Shown here piece by piece: positions 51,220-64,000 of a stretch of 64,000 nt of DNA. Location of the stretch: positions 42,196-106,195 of the forward strand of contig CALSCP010001493.1 of assembly GCA_943704425.1 (NCBI GenBank), written 5' to 3'. Source of the stretch: Ministeria vibrans ATCC 50519 (taxonomy: Eukaryota > Protista > Filasterea). The notes under the pieces were generated by a model that saw only the letters and a program-made list of their open reading frames with translations, made no database searches and was not told the DNA's origin. Within the stretch, counting starts at the first letter, position 1. The number at the start of each line of letters is the position of its first letter. Made by a program: the position numbers and the translations under genes.

Positions 51220-53760
51220 GTAGGTGTACATGATCCAAAACTGCCCGTTTGTATTTTACCCCAACATTCTGGACCAGACCGACTTCTACATGAGCTACGA
51301 CGATCTATTACTCATCGACGAAATCAAGTCGCAACTCACCTTTGTGCGCAACAACTGGAGTCTGCACGGGCGTCCGCTTGTCTGTCTCATTCTCAAGGAC
51401 CGCATCCGCGTGCGCCACCAGGTCCGTTGTTTACTCCTCTAACCCTCTTTTCATCATATCACTCAAATGCACTGTGTTTTCCGTAGGTTGAGCTTGTGTC
51501 GCTTATGGCGGACATGAAGAAGGGTGTTTGCAATGGTGTTCGTGTACAGCTGGGGCGTCTGCAGCAGCTCATGGCCACCAGCTGCATTGAACATCTTGAC
51601 TTTGTCCATCCCGAAGATGTTGCAGATCCCCCAAATCCATTCAAGGACTCGCGTGACCGCGCCACAAGCGCACAAGGACCCTCAGTCCACCGCCAACAGA
51701 CCTTTGTACGTGTGTCATTTTTTTTTCGTGTCCCTGTCTTCCACTTGTTTTGACCCCCTTTTTATGTGTTAGTTGTTGGAAATGATTCAATCAGAGAGCA
51801 GCGCGGAGCGTTCGGCGATTGATGGACAAGAGAAGGATTCACACGAGCTACAGCGCGAAGCAGAGCAAAACGAAGCGCATCTAACGACGCTACACGTTGA
51901 TGAGCTGCGACGGCGCTTTGCCAGTGCGCCCAATGTGTATGAGCGACTCTCAGTAGTGCTCGAGCTTATAAAACGGCAAGAAAACTTAACACGAAGAGAA
52001 TTTCTTGCAAGCGCATTTGTGTTATTGACCCAATGTGTGAATATAATATAATATATAATAATAATAATTATAGTGAGGGAGAGTGGACGCGAATGGGCTA
52101 CGAAGAAGGGTCACGGACAGCGCGTGCGGAGCTGGAGATCGCGTATGAGCGGGCATGCGGCGCATCCGACTGGTCTGTGGTACGGTGCTGTGCGGGTGCT
52201 CTCCGTCGCGAAGCCAACTCTATTGCACCCAGTCTTGCAGAGCTGGTGGTGCGTGGGAAAGAGGTATGTCATTTGTCGAGAGAAAGTGAGGAACAAAAAC
52301 AAAAACTGAGCGAGGAAAACAAAAAAAATATCTGTTTTGATTGCGACTGAATTATGATTTAGGTGTCGTTTGGGCGAGAGAACGAAGAGGTGTTTTTTGC
52401 CGAGCCACAGTCGCCTGGAAACATCCTCAGTCTGATATTTCGAGTGTGTGAGGGACCACGAATGGCTGTGTTGATGCAAGAGATTTTGCTTTTCCTCTCA
52501 GAGGTACAACTTAATTTGCTGCCTGCTTTTTTTGTCTACCCGTGTTTGTCTACTCAACGAAATCTCATTCTTTATTATTTGCAGTTGATCTGTGTTACAC
52601 CGGACGTCTTCAACGGAATCAACCGAGTGCGCGTGAGCTACATTGTCGACGCCTTGCAGAACGAGCATGCCATCACATCAGGTCGCTCGCGTGTCACTGC
52701 CGACGTGCTCTTCTGGCATCAGTCTCCTTGCCAGGTCAAGTCAATGCTCAAGCAAATGTTCCTCTCTTCACTCGACGAGTCATGGACTGCATCTTCCTGT
52801 ACGCCCTCAATTTTCTCCGTGTTAGCATGCTAATGGTTGTATTTTCCGCTTAGTTACGCGTCCTACCAAGCGACAGCGCTCCAACACGGCCGAGTCTATC
52901 ATAGAAATTGATGCGGCCCTGCGCCGCCGTCGCATTGATGGGGCACTCAACCGCACACCCCCCGACTTTTTCCGAAACGTACTCTGCGCTGTTCTACTTC
53001 ACCCATTCTTGATCCCGCTCACTTGCTATGCCGCTCTACCTTAGGTTTGGACTGTGCTTCAGAAGTGTCCTGCAGGCATTGCCTTTGAGGACCATCACAT
53101 TTCGTCGGTGGATGTGTTTGCGCGGTTCACGCATGGCGCTCAAAAGGCTTTTGAGCACCACATCGAGTCGACTCTGCTCTATTGCATTGCTCAGCCCGAA
53201 CTCCGACAGCTCACAGTCGAAGTACGCGGCCTCACACTGATAAATACTATACACTCACACGTTCTTTACACAGCTCTTGAATGTGTTGGCAGTCATTTTG
53301 GGACGCATTCCTGAGATTGAGTTCCAGCAGGTGGTCCAGCTAGATACCATCATCCACGACGCCGCCGATCGCTGTGTAGCCGACATCTCATCGACCAGTG
53401 TTGAAAACAAAGTATTCAAGATACAGAGAATGTCAAGACGTGCAAATCTTCCTTCTTTATGGCTTCTTCTTTACGTGTGTAGGAAACACTTGGCAAATCG
53501 GGTCTTTTCAGGTCGGGCGGTCGTCGTCCATCATCATCGTCGTTGTACGACATTTATCTCTATACAAAACCATCTCGCACACACACTCTCACTCACTATC
53601 ACTTCTTACTCTTAGGACTGAAATAAAGTCACTTGTGTGCGACTTGTGCTCGCGTCCTCCGGGCGGCCGTGGTGGCTCACTTACCTACCTCGCAAAGGCC
53701 GTTGTGCTCCTCCTGCCCTCTTCCGTTGACGTCGACTTTGGCGGTTGTGCCGTCTCGTAA
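48803..53760 (+). CDS. PHKB: Phosphorylase kinase regulatory subunit, beta-like
   Basis: QSPITGL; ELEQSVVKCMRGLL; QNLVFYIERAYRTPDYGVW; ELHASSIGMTKAALEA; LLPRESRS; SGRPPRPLGSLSTSK; LHGRP; RRRIDGALNR; C-terminal CAAX box CAVS. Confidence 0.92.
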
Positions 53761-53928
53761 CGAAAATAATAATGATAAGAAAATAAATTGAGAGTAGATG
53801 TACCCAATAATAATTATATTTTTATTGTTATTGTAATAATAATAAAAATGAAAAAGAAAAAAAAAACATAACAATAATAAGAAAGTTAATTGTATTGTAT
53901 AGTGGGTTATTGACTCAATTACAATACA

Positions 53929-54489
53929 CTACTGCGTCTGCTGCACCCACCGCGCATAGTCGTACGCGGCCTCGCCCACACGCGGTGCCACACGACAGAA
54001 GTACGCGACGAGATCGTCATTGTCAACATAGCGTAACAGCACTCGGTCCGAAATGGTCTTGCGCCCGTTCGCCAGCAACACAAACCCATCCATCAACGAC
54101 GACTCAGTGTCGCTCAGATCTCCCAATAGATTGATCATGAGCTCCTGGAACCGTTCAAATGCAATCTTTCCATCCACACCGTAATCCTAAACGCATACAC
54201 ACACACACACACCACACGAGTGAGTCGTTCATCGGTTTCGTACACATCGTCTCTCACTTACTCGAATGTATTCTGCAATTTGTGCGCGTGTTTTTTCTTC
54301 CCCACACGAAAACAAACACGCCTTGAGCTCCTTGTGGTCAATGTATCCACTTCGATCACGATCGTACACCGCAAAAATGTTTCCAATCTGTGCACAAATA
54401 ATAATAAGAGTCGTGAGAAAAAAATATAATTTGTTCCCACACACACGCACACACCACAAAGACACACACACACACACACACACCACAAA

Positions 54490-54543
<54 letters not shown>

Positions 54544-57500
54544 TACATACATACATACATACCTCGTCAAATTGCTCTTTCGTCACTCCCCTCAGCTGCT
54601 TGTACTCAATCTCCTGCTTGAGAATCTCCCCTTTTTGCAGAATAAGGGAGCGGTGTTGGTCCCAGCGCGCCTGCACGTCCGAGCCACTCAGTGTCGTGTG
54701 CACATTGACACCCACTCCAATCTCGTCCATCTCGCGCTGCAGTTCCGTCAGGCGTGGGAGTACCGCCGAGTCCTGTGCTGCACTCCCAAGCAACTCGTCC
54801 ACGCGTGCAAGCTGCTCTTCGGGTGTCGTACCCGTGCCTGTCAGCATCTTAAATGCCCCGTCCAGCTTGTCAACCAATGGCACAGCTGTGCGCGCAAACT
54901 TCTCGCACAGCGCGTCGTGTCGCAAGTGACGGTCGAGCTCCACATCAAACGCATCCTCGCGAGCATCCAGAGCGTCATTCATCGCCGACCGCTGCGCCAT
55001 CAAATCCTCCAGCACGACCGACGTGTATGGGTTGCTTGTAGGCGTCTCCCCAAGCTCCTTGAGCTGTCCTGCCGCACGCGAGTATGCCTCCTCCAAGGCA
55101 TTCGCACGCGTCGTCGTCTCCCCCACATCCTGCTCAATCACAACACCGGCTGCTTCAACCTCGACGAGTGTCGACCCAAAAGGGTTCGCTTCGTCCTCGT
55201 TCAAATCCATGCCCACCAATGCAATTGTGTCTGTCGCAAAGCGCTCAAAGGTAGAGGCACTAAAGGCGTACTCAAGACGCAGAGCCTCTTTGCGCTCCTC
55301 CAGCGCCAGTGCCTCGTCCAGGCGCAAGCGCAACGCCGCGCTGTCTGCGCCCAAACGTCCCCATCGCGTCTTCAGGAGCGTGTCCTCCTCAAGCAGTCGC
55401 ACACGGTCCTCGTACACGTACGTTGAGCGTTCTGACGCGTACTTGCGAGCCAAAATGGTCACATTGAGACTCTGCACCGTCTTCAGGCTTGCATCCGTGA
55501 CCATGCGCAGCTCCGTGTCAAACTCGCCGAGTGTCGATAGATGATAACGCGCGTCGCTCACACTGGCAATGGTCACCGGCGCACCCAAGAAGGCCTCTTT
55601 GGCCATCGCCCAAGCACACAGTTGTGAGTGTGCCACTTTATACTGTCCGTGAAGCAACTGCGTCTCTTCGATGTACAGCCAGCGAGCAAGTGCGTCTTCT
55701 AGCACCGCTCGCTTCTCCACGAGCGCCTCGCTCAGCGCACTCCAGCGCGCATTCAGGCGCCCCAGTCGCGCATGCACATCATCACGCTGCTCATAGCGCC
55801 ACGACGACCGCTCGCTCTTGTACTCGGCGGCATACAATTCGGCGGCACGACTCCTCTGGCGCTCCACATCATTCTCCGCATTCCGTCGCTCCGTCTCCTT
55901 GGCCAGTTGTGCACTCAGACGCAACTTGGCCGCGTCACTCGAAACAATCTCCTCGACGCGCGCCGCATACCCTTCAAGGAGCGCCAGCCACACGCCCATC
56001 TGCTTGTCTCGGTCAATGTGCTGCTCGCCAACGAGACGCGTCCGCTCGGCAAATTGCCAAAGCGCCAGATCATCCTCGAGCACTTCTTGCTTCTCTTCGA
56101 CTGCCATCGAGAGCGTCTCCCACTTCTCGTTCATGGTCTCGTCAAAGCCACTCACATCGGCACACTTCTCGTACACCCATCGACTGTAACGCGTCTCGTA
56201 CACACTCGCCAGGATCTTTGCGCCCAACTTGTTCTGCTCGTCCACATCGTGCTCCACTCGCTCCTGGTCTGTCTGCAGTGCTGCAAGCACACTCAGCTGT
56301 CGCTGTGCCACAATCGAGTCGACGTTCTCCTCGCGCACTCGTGCGTACGCCAACTTTTCAGTGAGCCACGCGTCGAGGGCCTGGAATCGCGTGCGGTGCT
56401 GACCCGCCAGCAGCCGCTTTGCCTCGGCGTACTTCTCGCGCTGCAGATCATCATCGAGAATCGCCCGCTTGTGTTGCGTCACCGACACCAGCTCGGCAAA
56501 GGCACTCGTAAGTTCCCCATCGAGTTTCTTAAGACGCGCCTTCTCCTCAAAGTCCCACGAAGAGCGCTCCGTCGCATAGCGAGCCGTACAAATCTTGTTG
56601 CACAAAACCGTCTCGTGCTCGATGTCGAGACGCACGCGTGTCTCGTCACTCTCCAGCGTCGCGAGCACACTCAGTTTTTGTTGCGCACAATGCGAGTCGT
56701 GTACCTCCTCCTTGACACGCGCATACGCATCCTTGATGACTATCCAGTCGCGCAGCTGCCCATGGCGATCCAAGTACTCATCAAACTGCAGACGCACCGA
56801 CTCGGCAAACAGCTCGCGTGCAAGATCATCCTCGAGCACCGCTTGCTTCTCCTCCGTTGCCTCGCTGAGTGCCGCAAATGCATTCGAAAGAGACTCGTCA
56901 AGCGACCCAAGACGATCGCGCTGCTCAAAGACCCACGACGAGAGTGTCGACTCGTAGCGAGCCTCAAGAATGCGAGCACACAACTTGCTCTGCGTCTCCA
57001 CATCCAATTCAACACGCTCCAGATCGCTCTCAAGCGAACCCAGCACACTCAGCTTTTGCCGCGCCGTATTGCTGTCGTGCACTTCTTCCTTGGTCGTGGC
57101 ATAGGCGTGCTTGGCCACGATCCATGCCTCAAGTTGTTCGTGCTGCGCCACATATTGATCAAACTCGAGGCGTACCTTCTCGGCAAACAACCACCTGCTG
57201 TGGTCATCCTCGAGAATGAGTCGCTTGTGCGCCAAGGCCGCTTCGAGCGCCGCCCACTCGCGTCGTATCTCATCATCGTGAGCCATCACCGCGTCCAACT
57301 GCTCGTACACCCACTCGGAGCGATCGCTGCGGTAGCGATCCGCGTCAATCGCCGCGCCAAGCTTGTACTGCGCGTCCGTGTCGAGTCGCAGACTCGCAAT
57401 CTCCTTCTCGACGTACGCCACCACATCAAGCTTTTCCTGTGCCACCATGCTTGTGAGCACCTCTTCGACTGTTCGCCCATACGCAAGCTTCTCGGCAATC

Positions 57501-59152
57501 CAAGGCCGCAGCTCTTCGTACTTGCTCGTGTGCTGTGCGCCCAGTAGCCGCACACGCTCCGCGTGTGTGTTGCGGGCCAGATCGTCCTCGAGACGAGCAC
57601 GCTTCTCGGCCATGTCCTGGGCAAGACGCGGCCAGGTCTCCGTGTGAATCTCACTCACACGACTTGTCACGCCTGCGTTGTCTTCAAATTCCCAATTGGA
57701 GAGTGTCGATGCGTAGCGGGCGGCGGTCACACTCGAACCAAGCTCCACCAGTTCGTTCACGTCCGCCTGAACAGTCACGTAGGACGCCTCAAGCGCACCA
57801 AGCACGGCGAGATGAAACTGAGCGGTGCGCGAGTCGGTCACGTCCACGACCACATGGACTTCGGCAAGACGATCACGTGTCCACACGGCGAGACGGTCGT
57901 AGAGCGCCCGATGGTTACTTCCGGCCAGACGCCAGTCGGCCTTGAATCGTTCACGCGCCAGATCGTCGTCGAGTTTGGCACGCAACGTGACTGCCTTGCC
58001 ATCAAACTCGAGCCAGGCGTCGTCGACGGTGCGCTCACGAGAATCCACGTCGTCCACATGTTCGTAGCACCACTGCGAGTACACGCTCGTGTACTCGGCC
58101 GCGCGCACCGCCTCTCCCAGATCGTTCAAGGGCTGCACGCGCGTCTCCGTCATTTCACCCTTGGTGCGCTCGTGTGCATCCAACAGACTCAACTGCAACT
58201 GCGCCTCGGCCACATTGAGAACAATGGCGCGCTGCGTTTGGTCCAGGTAAGCACGACGCTCGTCGATCCAATGCGAGAGCTTGTCGTACACGTCCGCGTG
58301 CATCTTCGCCTTGAGTCGCGTCGCCGCCTTGTACTCTTCGCGCGCCAAATTGTCCTCCAAAATCGGCTTCTTCTCCAGTCCAGCCGCCACCACATGCTCC
58401 ATGCCATCGCGCACTGCCGCATCACACGTCTCTACCTGCGCCATCCACTCAAACCGTTCCTGCACCAGCTCCGCACCCAGCCGGGCCATCTTGGCGACCG
58501 ACCCGGCCTGCACGCTCGCAAGCTCCTTCTCAAACGCATCGTGTACCTTCAGATCGTGAAGTGCAACGCCCACCGACTCAACAATGTCGCGCTGGGCCAC
58601 GTACGCCTGCTTGGCCGCAATCCACTTGGTCATTTTGCCATTCAGTAGGCTAAACACACACACACACACACAAACAAGAACAACAATGCAATTATATAAA
58701 ACGCTATCATTAGTCGCTGCCCGTTCACCTGTGTTGCTTAAAGAGCTGATGGAGACGCAGCTGACGACGGAGTTCACGGAAAAGCTCAGCCTCACAGCGC
58801 TCTGCCTCTTTGATGCGCTGCACACGAGCATCAAGCGACTCGTAGCGCAGCAGTGGGTCCTCAGGGACAAACGGAGCGCGACCGTGGTCGGTCAAGCGCG
58901 TTGATAGAGTGCGATAGAGTGCGTCAATTTCGAGATGCGCTGAGAACACCACTGCCTTGTGCTGTGTCTTGTACGCGCTGAACCGGTCGACGCGTGACTG
59001 AGCATTGCGCAGTGTATTGTCGCTGGCCAGAATGTTCTCCAGCAGCTGCTCGGTCGGCTGAAGTGCACTCGCAAGGCTCTTTGCTTGCACCACATAGCGT
59101 TTGCGCATCTCATCATTTGTCTAAAAGGCCACAATAAAAAATAACAAAAAAA

Positions 59153-59206
<54 letters not shown>

Positions 59207-59232
59207 TTATTAGTATTATTATAAGTATTAGT

Positions 59233-59266
<34 letters not shown>

Positions 59267-59292
59267 GTATTAGTATTATTATTAGTATTAGT

Positions 59293-59366
<74 letters not shown>

Positions 59367-60534
59367 CATTATTATTATTATTATTATCATTATTATTATT
59401 GATTTCGTGCGGGAGGGTCGCTGCACCTTTTCAAAGTTGAGGACTTTTGTAATGCGACGAGCGGCAAGGTCAACCTTGTGGGCTCGGTTGAGGCCATGGT
59501 AGTACTCAGAGACGTAGACAATCATCGCCTTCTCGTCGAGGTGCATCAGTTCCTCCGGTGTCAAGTACTAGTACAGACCTGTTAAAACTGTGCGCGTCAC
59601 CATCATCTCCTTCTTTACCTGTTCGAGGCCAAAATAGTCTTCGGCAACGCGGAAGGCAAGAAGGAGATTGTCGCGTGCGTTGTGCGGACTCAGTGTGCTA
59701 AACGGAATCATTTTGGGACGGAACTTGTGGAGAATGGCGCAGAAGGCCATGCCTGTCACCAGAAGAGAAACACAGATAGGCGCCTCATCAATCACAATTC
59801 ACGACATGCGCTGCTTGCATCGCCTCGGCGTACCGTCGTGGAAGCTCTTCTTGAAGTTGGTCACGTCAACAGTGGCATAGGCATGCAGATGGAACTGCAC
59901 CCACCGCAAGAGTGCATCCTTCGCCGAGAGCTGGTCCTCGGCAGGAGCACCGCCGTCGTCGTCGCTGTCCTCATCAAACCGCATATACTTCGACATGAGT
60001 GCCCACACCAGCGCAAGCGCCTACGCAAGCAGGTGGAGAGGGCGGAGAAGAATCAACAACAAGAGCAACAACAACACAGAGAGAGTGAGATCGCACGTCC
60101 TTCTCATCGCCTGCAATGAGGTTCTCGGCCGACGGCTTCAGCGACATCTTGACGTTGCAGTCCTTGAACATGAAGTCGAGGGTCCGCGCGACCTGATGCG
60201 GCACAGAGGACGGTGTTGAGGGCGTGTCATGGTTTTCATCACTCAGACAATGTTTGTTTGTACCTGTTCGATCTTTTGCGCTTGAAACCGGATGGGTGTT
60301 TTTGAAATGGGGACCTACAGAGAGGCAGACGTGTGAGCACAGGAAGGAGGGCGAGAGAGGCGGGATGCGGACCGTTTTCTCCGAGAGCGCTTCAATGAGC
60401 GACGCGAGCACTCCCGGCTGTCCAAGGTCGCGCACCACATCGTCAATCGGCTGCATGTTGCGTCCTTGCAGTTTCTGATTGGTCCATCGTGTGAAGATCT
60501 TGCGCTGCAGTCGCACCCAGTCGTGATCGGACAT
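53929..60534 (-). CDS. Giant alpha-actinin-like protein: CH1-CH2 actin-binding domain, ~12 spectrin repeats, EF-hands
   Basis: WVRLQRKIFTRW; SAKDALLRWVQ; NFKKSFHDG.AFCAILH; DEKAMIVYVSEYYH; repeats with conserved W and LEDDLAR; EF-hand DRDRSGYIDHKE; AYDYARW C-terminus. Confidence 0.92.
59155..59400. repeat. (TAT)n/(TAGTAT)n compound microsatellite, intronic
   Basis: Direct reading. Confidence 0.95.
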
Positions 60535-60600
60535 GATGAAAAATTTGTTTGAAAATCAACTGTTATTTACTGATTAGCGAATATTTCACTAATTTTCAAC

Positions 60601-63170
60601 ATGTCGGCTCAGGAGTCGGTGGCAGCCGCCTTTCGTATGGCGGACACTGATGGTGACGGGCATATTGACATTGGGCAGTTGCGTGTGTTGATGGAATCGC
60701 TGGGAATCGCTGCGGGCGATTCGGAACTTGCCGCGGCGTTCTCGGCGCTTGACCCGCAGGCATCGGGGCTGGTGTCGCTCGAGAGCATCACGGGCGCGCT
60801 GTCGTCGGTAATGGGGGCGGCGGAGGACGCGGGCGACGCCGACCAGAGCGTGTCGACGACGACAACGACGACGGTGGTCCCTTCGTCGCCACCGCGCTCA
60901 CGCAACGCCGAGATGCACGCCGAGGCAGCCCGGCGCGCCAAGGCGACCATCAAGATGTACGAGGAGGAACTGGCCGACTCGCAGAACCGTGTGGAGCGAC
61001 TTGAGAGCCAACTGGGACGAGCAAAACAGACGATCCGCGAGCGCGAGTCGGAATTACAAATAGCGCGTGATCGCGACTGCCAGCGCGAGGCGGACGTGTT
61101 GCGCGAGACCGCGGCGCTTCGCAAGGAGGTCGAGGAGGCGCGCAAAGAGAAAAGCCGTGTCAAGGAGGAGCTGGAGCGTCGAATTCACTCGCTCACGGCG
61201 CAAGCGATGCAGGCACTTCAACCCTACCAGGGAATGGACGATGATCAACCAGAGGACGATAGCAGTGCTATGGAAACACCGACGAAGGGGGCGTGGAAGC
61301 TTGGGGCGGATGTGGACACGCCGGAGGGGCGCAGAAGACGGGTACAGGAGGAGGCAGAGCTGCGTGCAGCAGAATTGGAGGAGATGCTTGCACACGCACG
61401 CGCGGGCGAGGCGACTGCCCTTGAACAGGCTCGAGTGTCTATGGACGAATTGAAGCTGGGGCAGACGGAGATTGCACGGGAGCGTGTTGAGATTGAGCGC
61501 AAATGGGAGCTGTTGAGGGAGCGCGAAGAGCGACAGCGCGAAGAGTTGCTGGTGTACCGTGAACGACACAGCGACGCCGGTCAGCAACAGTCACTCAGTG
61601 AAGAGATTGCGCAGGCGGAAGAGGAACGACAACGGCGTGAGAAGCAGCGTGAAGCGAATGCGGAAGAGAAAGCGACAGCAGTGGTGACGACCTGTGAGGT
61701 GGGAGTGGGGACCGAGCCCCCGATGACGAGCGAGGTGTGCGTTGGTACGGAGATGCGGGCCACGTGTGATGCTAGTGCGAGTACAGATGTCGCTGTACTG
61801 TGTGACGCCGGTGTGGTCACGGATCATGGAGTGCTTGTGGATGCTATGGCCAACACGGACATGTGTGAGAGCCGCACGGTGTGCACTAGCACCGATGTGT
61901 GTGAAACACATGAGATGAGTGTCAATACGGAGACGGCGACAAGTGACGTCGCGGTGAATACGGATGTGGAGGAGAATGAGGCAGAACCTGTCGCAGTAGC
62001 CGAGGCGGTTGCAGAGGAGGCGGAGAAAGAAGAGACCATCTCAAAGCAAAGCTGTGATGCAATGGTGAACACCGAGGCACATGAGACACGTGAGCGTGCG
62101 ATGAACACTGAGACGGAGGCACGCAAAGTGACACAGAGCACTGCAAGTGAAACAGATCGTGTGACCGTCAGCGATGCACAGAGCAACACAGACGCACTCT
62201 CGAGTCGCACTGTGACCACCAACACGGAGAGTGTGCCGCTTGCAGACTGCTCAAGTAACACCGAGACGGTCGCACAGGTGCACTGTGCGAGTAACACAGA
62301 GAACACTGAATGCGCTGTCACGGATTGCGCCAGTAATACCGACACAGTGGCACGAGTACACTGCGCAATCAACACCGAATGTACGACAGAGACGGTGGCA
62401 GTCAACACAGATGTACCAGAAGAAAAGGAGGAGGAGGAGGAGGAGGACGGACGTGTGCTGGAGGGTGAGTACGCTGCGCTCATGAACAGACACGAAAAGC
62501 TGCTCAAGGAACACACGCGACTCATTCGTCGCTCTCACACTCTCGAAGAAGTACGGTTTATTGAATATTATTATTATGTAATTATGGTGTACTTAATAAT
62601 GTCGTCAACGCGTGTAGATTCAAACACAGATGTCCGAAAGCATTCCCTCCATTTCAACTCACTGGCACGCACAACAAACCAGCCCGCTCAAGAGTACCCC
62701 TTCATTTTCCCCTTCCCACTCTCCAGTGCGTCGCACGTCTCTCTTCCGCTCCAGTGAGCCATCAACCCCCACCCCCACTGCTTCTGTTACTACTACTACG
62801 ACTACTGATGCTAGTGATGCTGCCTCTGCGAGCGTCTCTGATGCCGATCAACGGCAGTTGGCGACGTCCCTCTTGCAACGTCTCTTGAGCCGTTTCCGCC
62901 CTGAGAAAGACACCGACAGTGCAACAGAGCCCTTTAGCAGTGCCACCAACACAGACGATCTTGCAACACCCGACAGTACTGACTCACACACCACTCACAT
63001 TCACACACAGTCTCTCTCACACGCTTCTCTCTTATTTTTCTCTATCACCGTGTTTCTTTTGTCCCTCTCTCTCTCGCTCGTGTCCAGCCCCTTCGGCTCT
63101 TCCCTTTGACGTCGCGGCTCTCACTGACCAGTTCGCATACACCACTGCATCTGTGCCCCGTCGCAAGTGA
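60601..63170 (+). CDS. EF-hand pair, coiled coil and xxNT[DE] motif array protein; exons about 60601-62550, 62618-62975, 63088-63170
   Basis: DTDGDGHIDIGQ and DPQASGLVSLES EF loops; ~240-aa coiled-coil region; about 18 short beta-type motifs; last exon inferred. Confidence 0.75.
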
Positions 63171-63336
63171 GAAAACCTTCTATTTATTTTTTTTCTCCCC
63201 CTCCCGTCATTTTTTGTCAATACACATTTTATATTTCTTCATTGTGGTGTGCTGCATAAGCAAAAGGATGGGGGGAAAAAGAACAAGAGCGAAGTTGAGG
63301 CCGCGTAAGAGTATGGTGAAAGTGTGTGGGGGATTA

Positions 63337-63948
63337 TTAGTCAATGTAGTTTGAGAGCCATTTGAATCCTTCGGCGTAGCCGGCACGTCTGACAACAGTG
63401 CACATGAAGACCTCGCAAGGGCGAGTGTCCTTGAGTGCGCTCCTGGGCGTCTCCTTGCCCGTCGTGAGGTGGTGCAATCCCAGCGCAGTACGCAGCTCCT
63501 CCTCACTCGCCGCCTGAGGAACGTCAATCTTGTTGCCCAGCACAAGGAAGGGCACTTGCGACAGGTTCTCGTCCGACATCAGGCTCTACATGACAATACA
63601 CATAACGCATGTGAGTCGATGTATGTGGTGCGTGTGTGTGTGGCGAGTGTGTCTCTTGTGGTGAGCATGTGTATGTGCGCTTGTGGTGAGCATGTGTATG
63701 TGCGCTTGTGTGTATGTATGTGGTGCGTGTGTGTGTATGTGGTAAGGCAAATGGGAAAGACACAGAATGAAGACGTACGTCGAGCTCCACTTTGGTCTCG
63801 GCGAGTCGCGCACGATCAGCCGAGTCGACAAGATAGACAATCGCATCGACTGCCGGGAAGTAATCGCGCCACACGCGGCGTGCCTGCGCGTGTCCACCCA
63901 AGTCAAACGTCTTGAACTTGATCTTGCCAATCGCGAGCTCTTCCATGT
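63337..63948 (-). CDS. SAR1: COPII small GTPase Sar1 (3' exons; 5' part beyond the window)
   Basis: [29 protein letters not shown]; LGNKID; LTTGK; EVFMC; [13 protein letters not shown]. Confidence 0.97.
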
Positions 63949-64000
63949 CTACAAACGGACGTTTCAAATCACGAGTTTCACTCACCTTCACCTATACCAT

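Noticed and set aside
55531-58648. Long plus-strand ORFs (277-591 aa)
   Set aside because: Antisense shadows of the GC-rich actinin exon with no domain signal; the same applies to many shadow ORFs across the window
59202-59400. Poly-Ile/Leu, RERE and SLSL peptides in the ORF track
   Set aside because: Translations of intronic microsatellites
62976-63109. Apparent C-terminal TM anchor LLFFSITVFLLSLSLSLV
   Set aside because: Encoded by a CA/CT-rich stretch bounded by GT...AG, typical of introns in this window

Overview
Compact, gene-dense eukaryotic DNA with short GT-AG introns that often carry microsatellites. Exons are GC-rich, intergenic spacers are short and AT-rich, and there are two N-gaps (492-500, 11832-11841). 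Gene content suggests a flagellated unicellular amorphean or holozoan-like protist (inference; species not identifiable). About 23 protein-coding genes or fragments were reconstructed by hand-splicing: SGNH-fold protein, SCCPDH, SNAPC5-like, LRR/Cys-rich receptor TKL kinase, HA-repeat protein, CCDC47, a 5'-truncated GOT2, TRMT10, C1-RasGEF (RalGPS-like), PTTG1IP-like, MUN (Munc13-family) protein, ELAPOR, CCDC112, TBC1D15/17, GH65/PGGHG-like, PHKB, a giant alpha-actinin, an EF-hand/coiled-coil protein, SAR1 and several hypotheticals. Highlights: (1) an unsplit alpha-actinin with about 12 spectrin repeats; (2) a TATA-preceded, highly structured ~310-nt candidate ncRNA at 15.2-15.5 kb with a telomerase-template-like core; (3) a two-box non-coding element present in three dispersed copies; (4) a spliced SNAPC5 homologue missed by the ORF track; (5) a GH65 with a duplicated module inserted in its N-terminal domain; (6) an EF-hand coiled-coil protein with ~18 LC8-like motifs. 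Several genes lose their 5' ends at poly(A) tracts, which suggests assembly joins. All homology calls come from recalled family motifs, not database searches.
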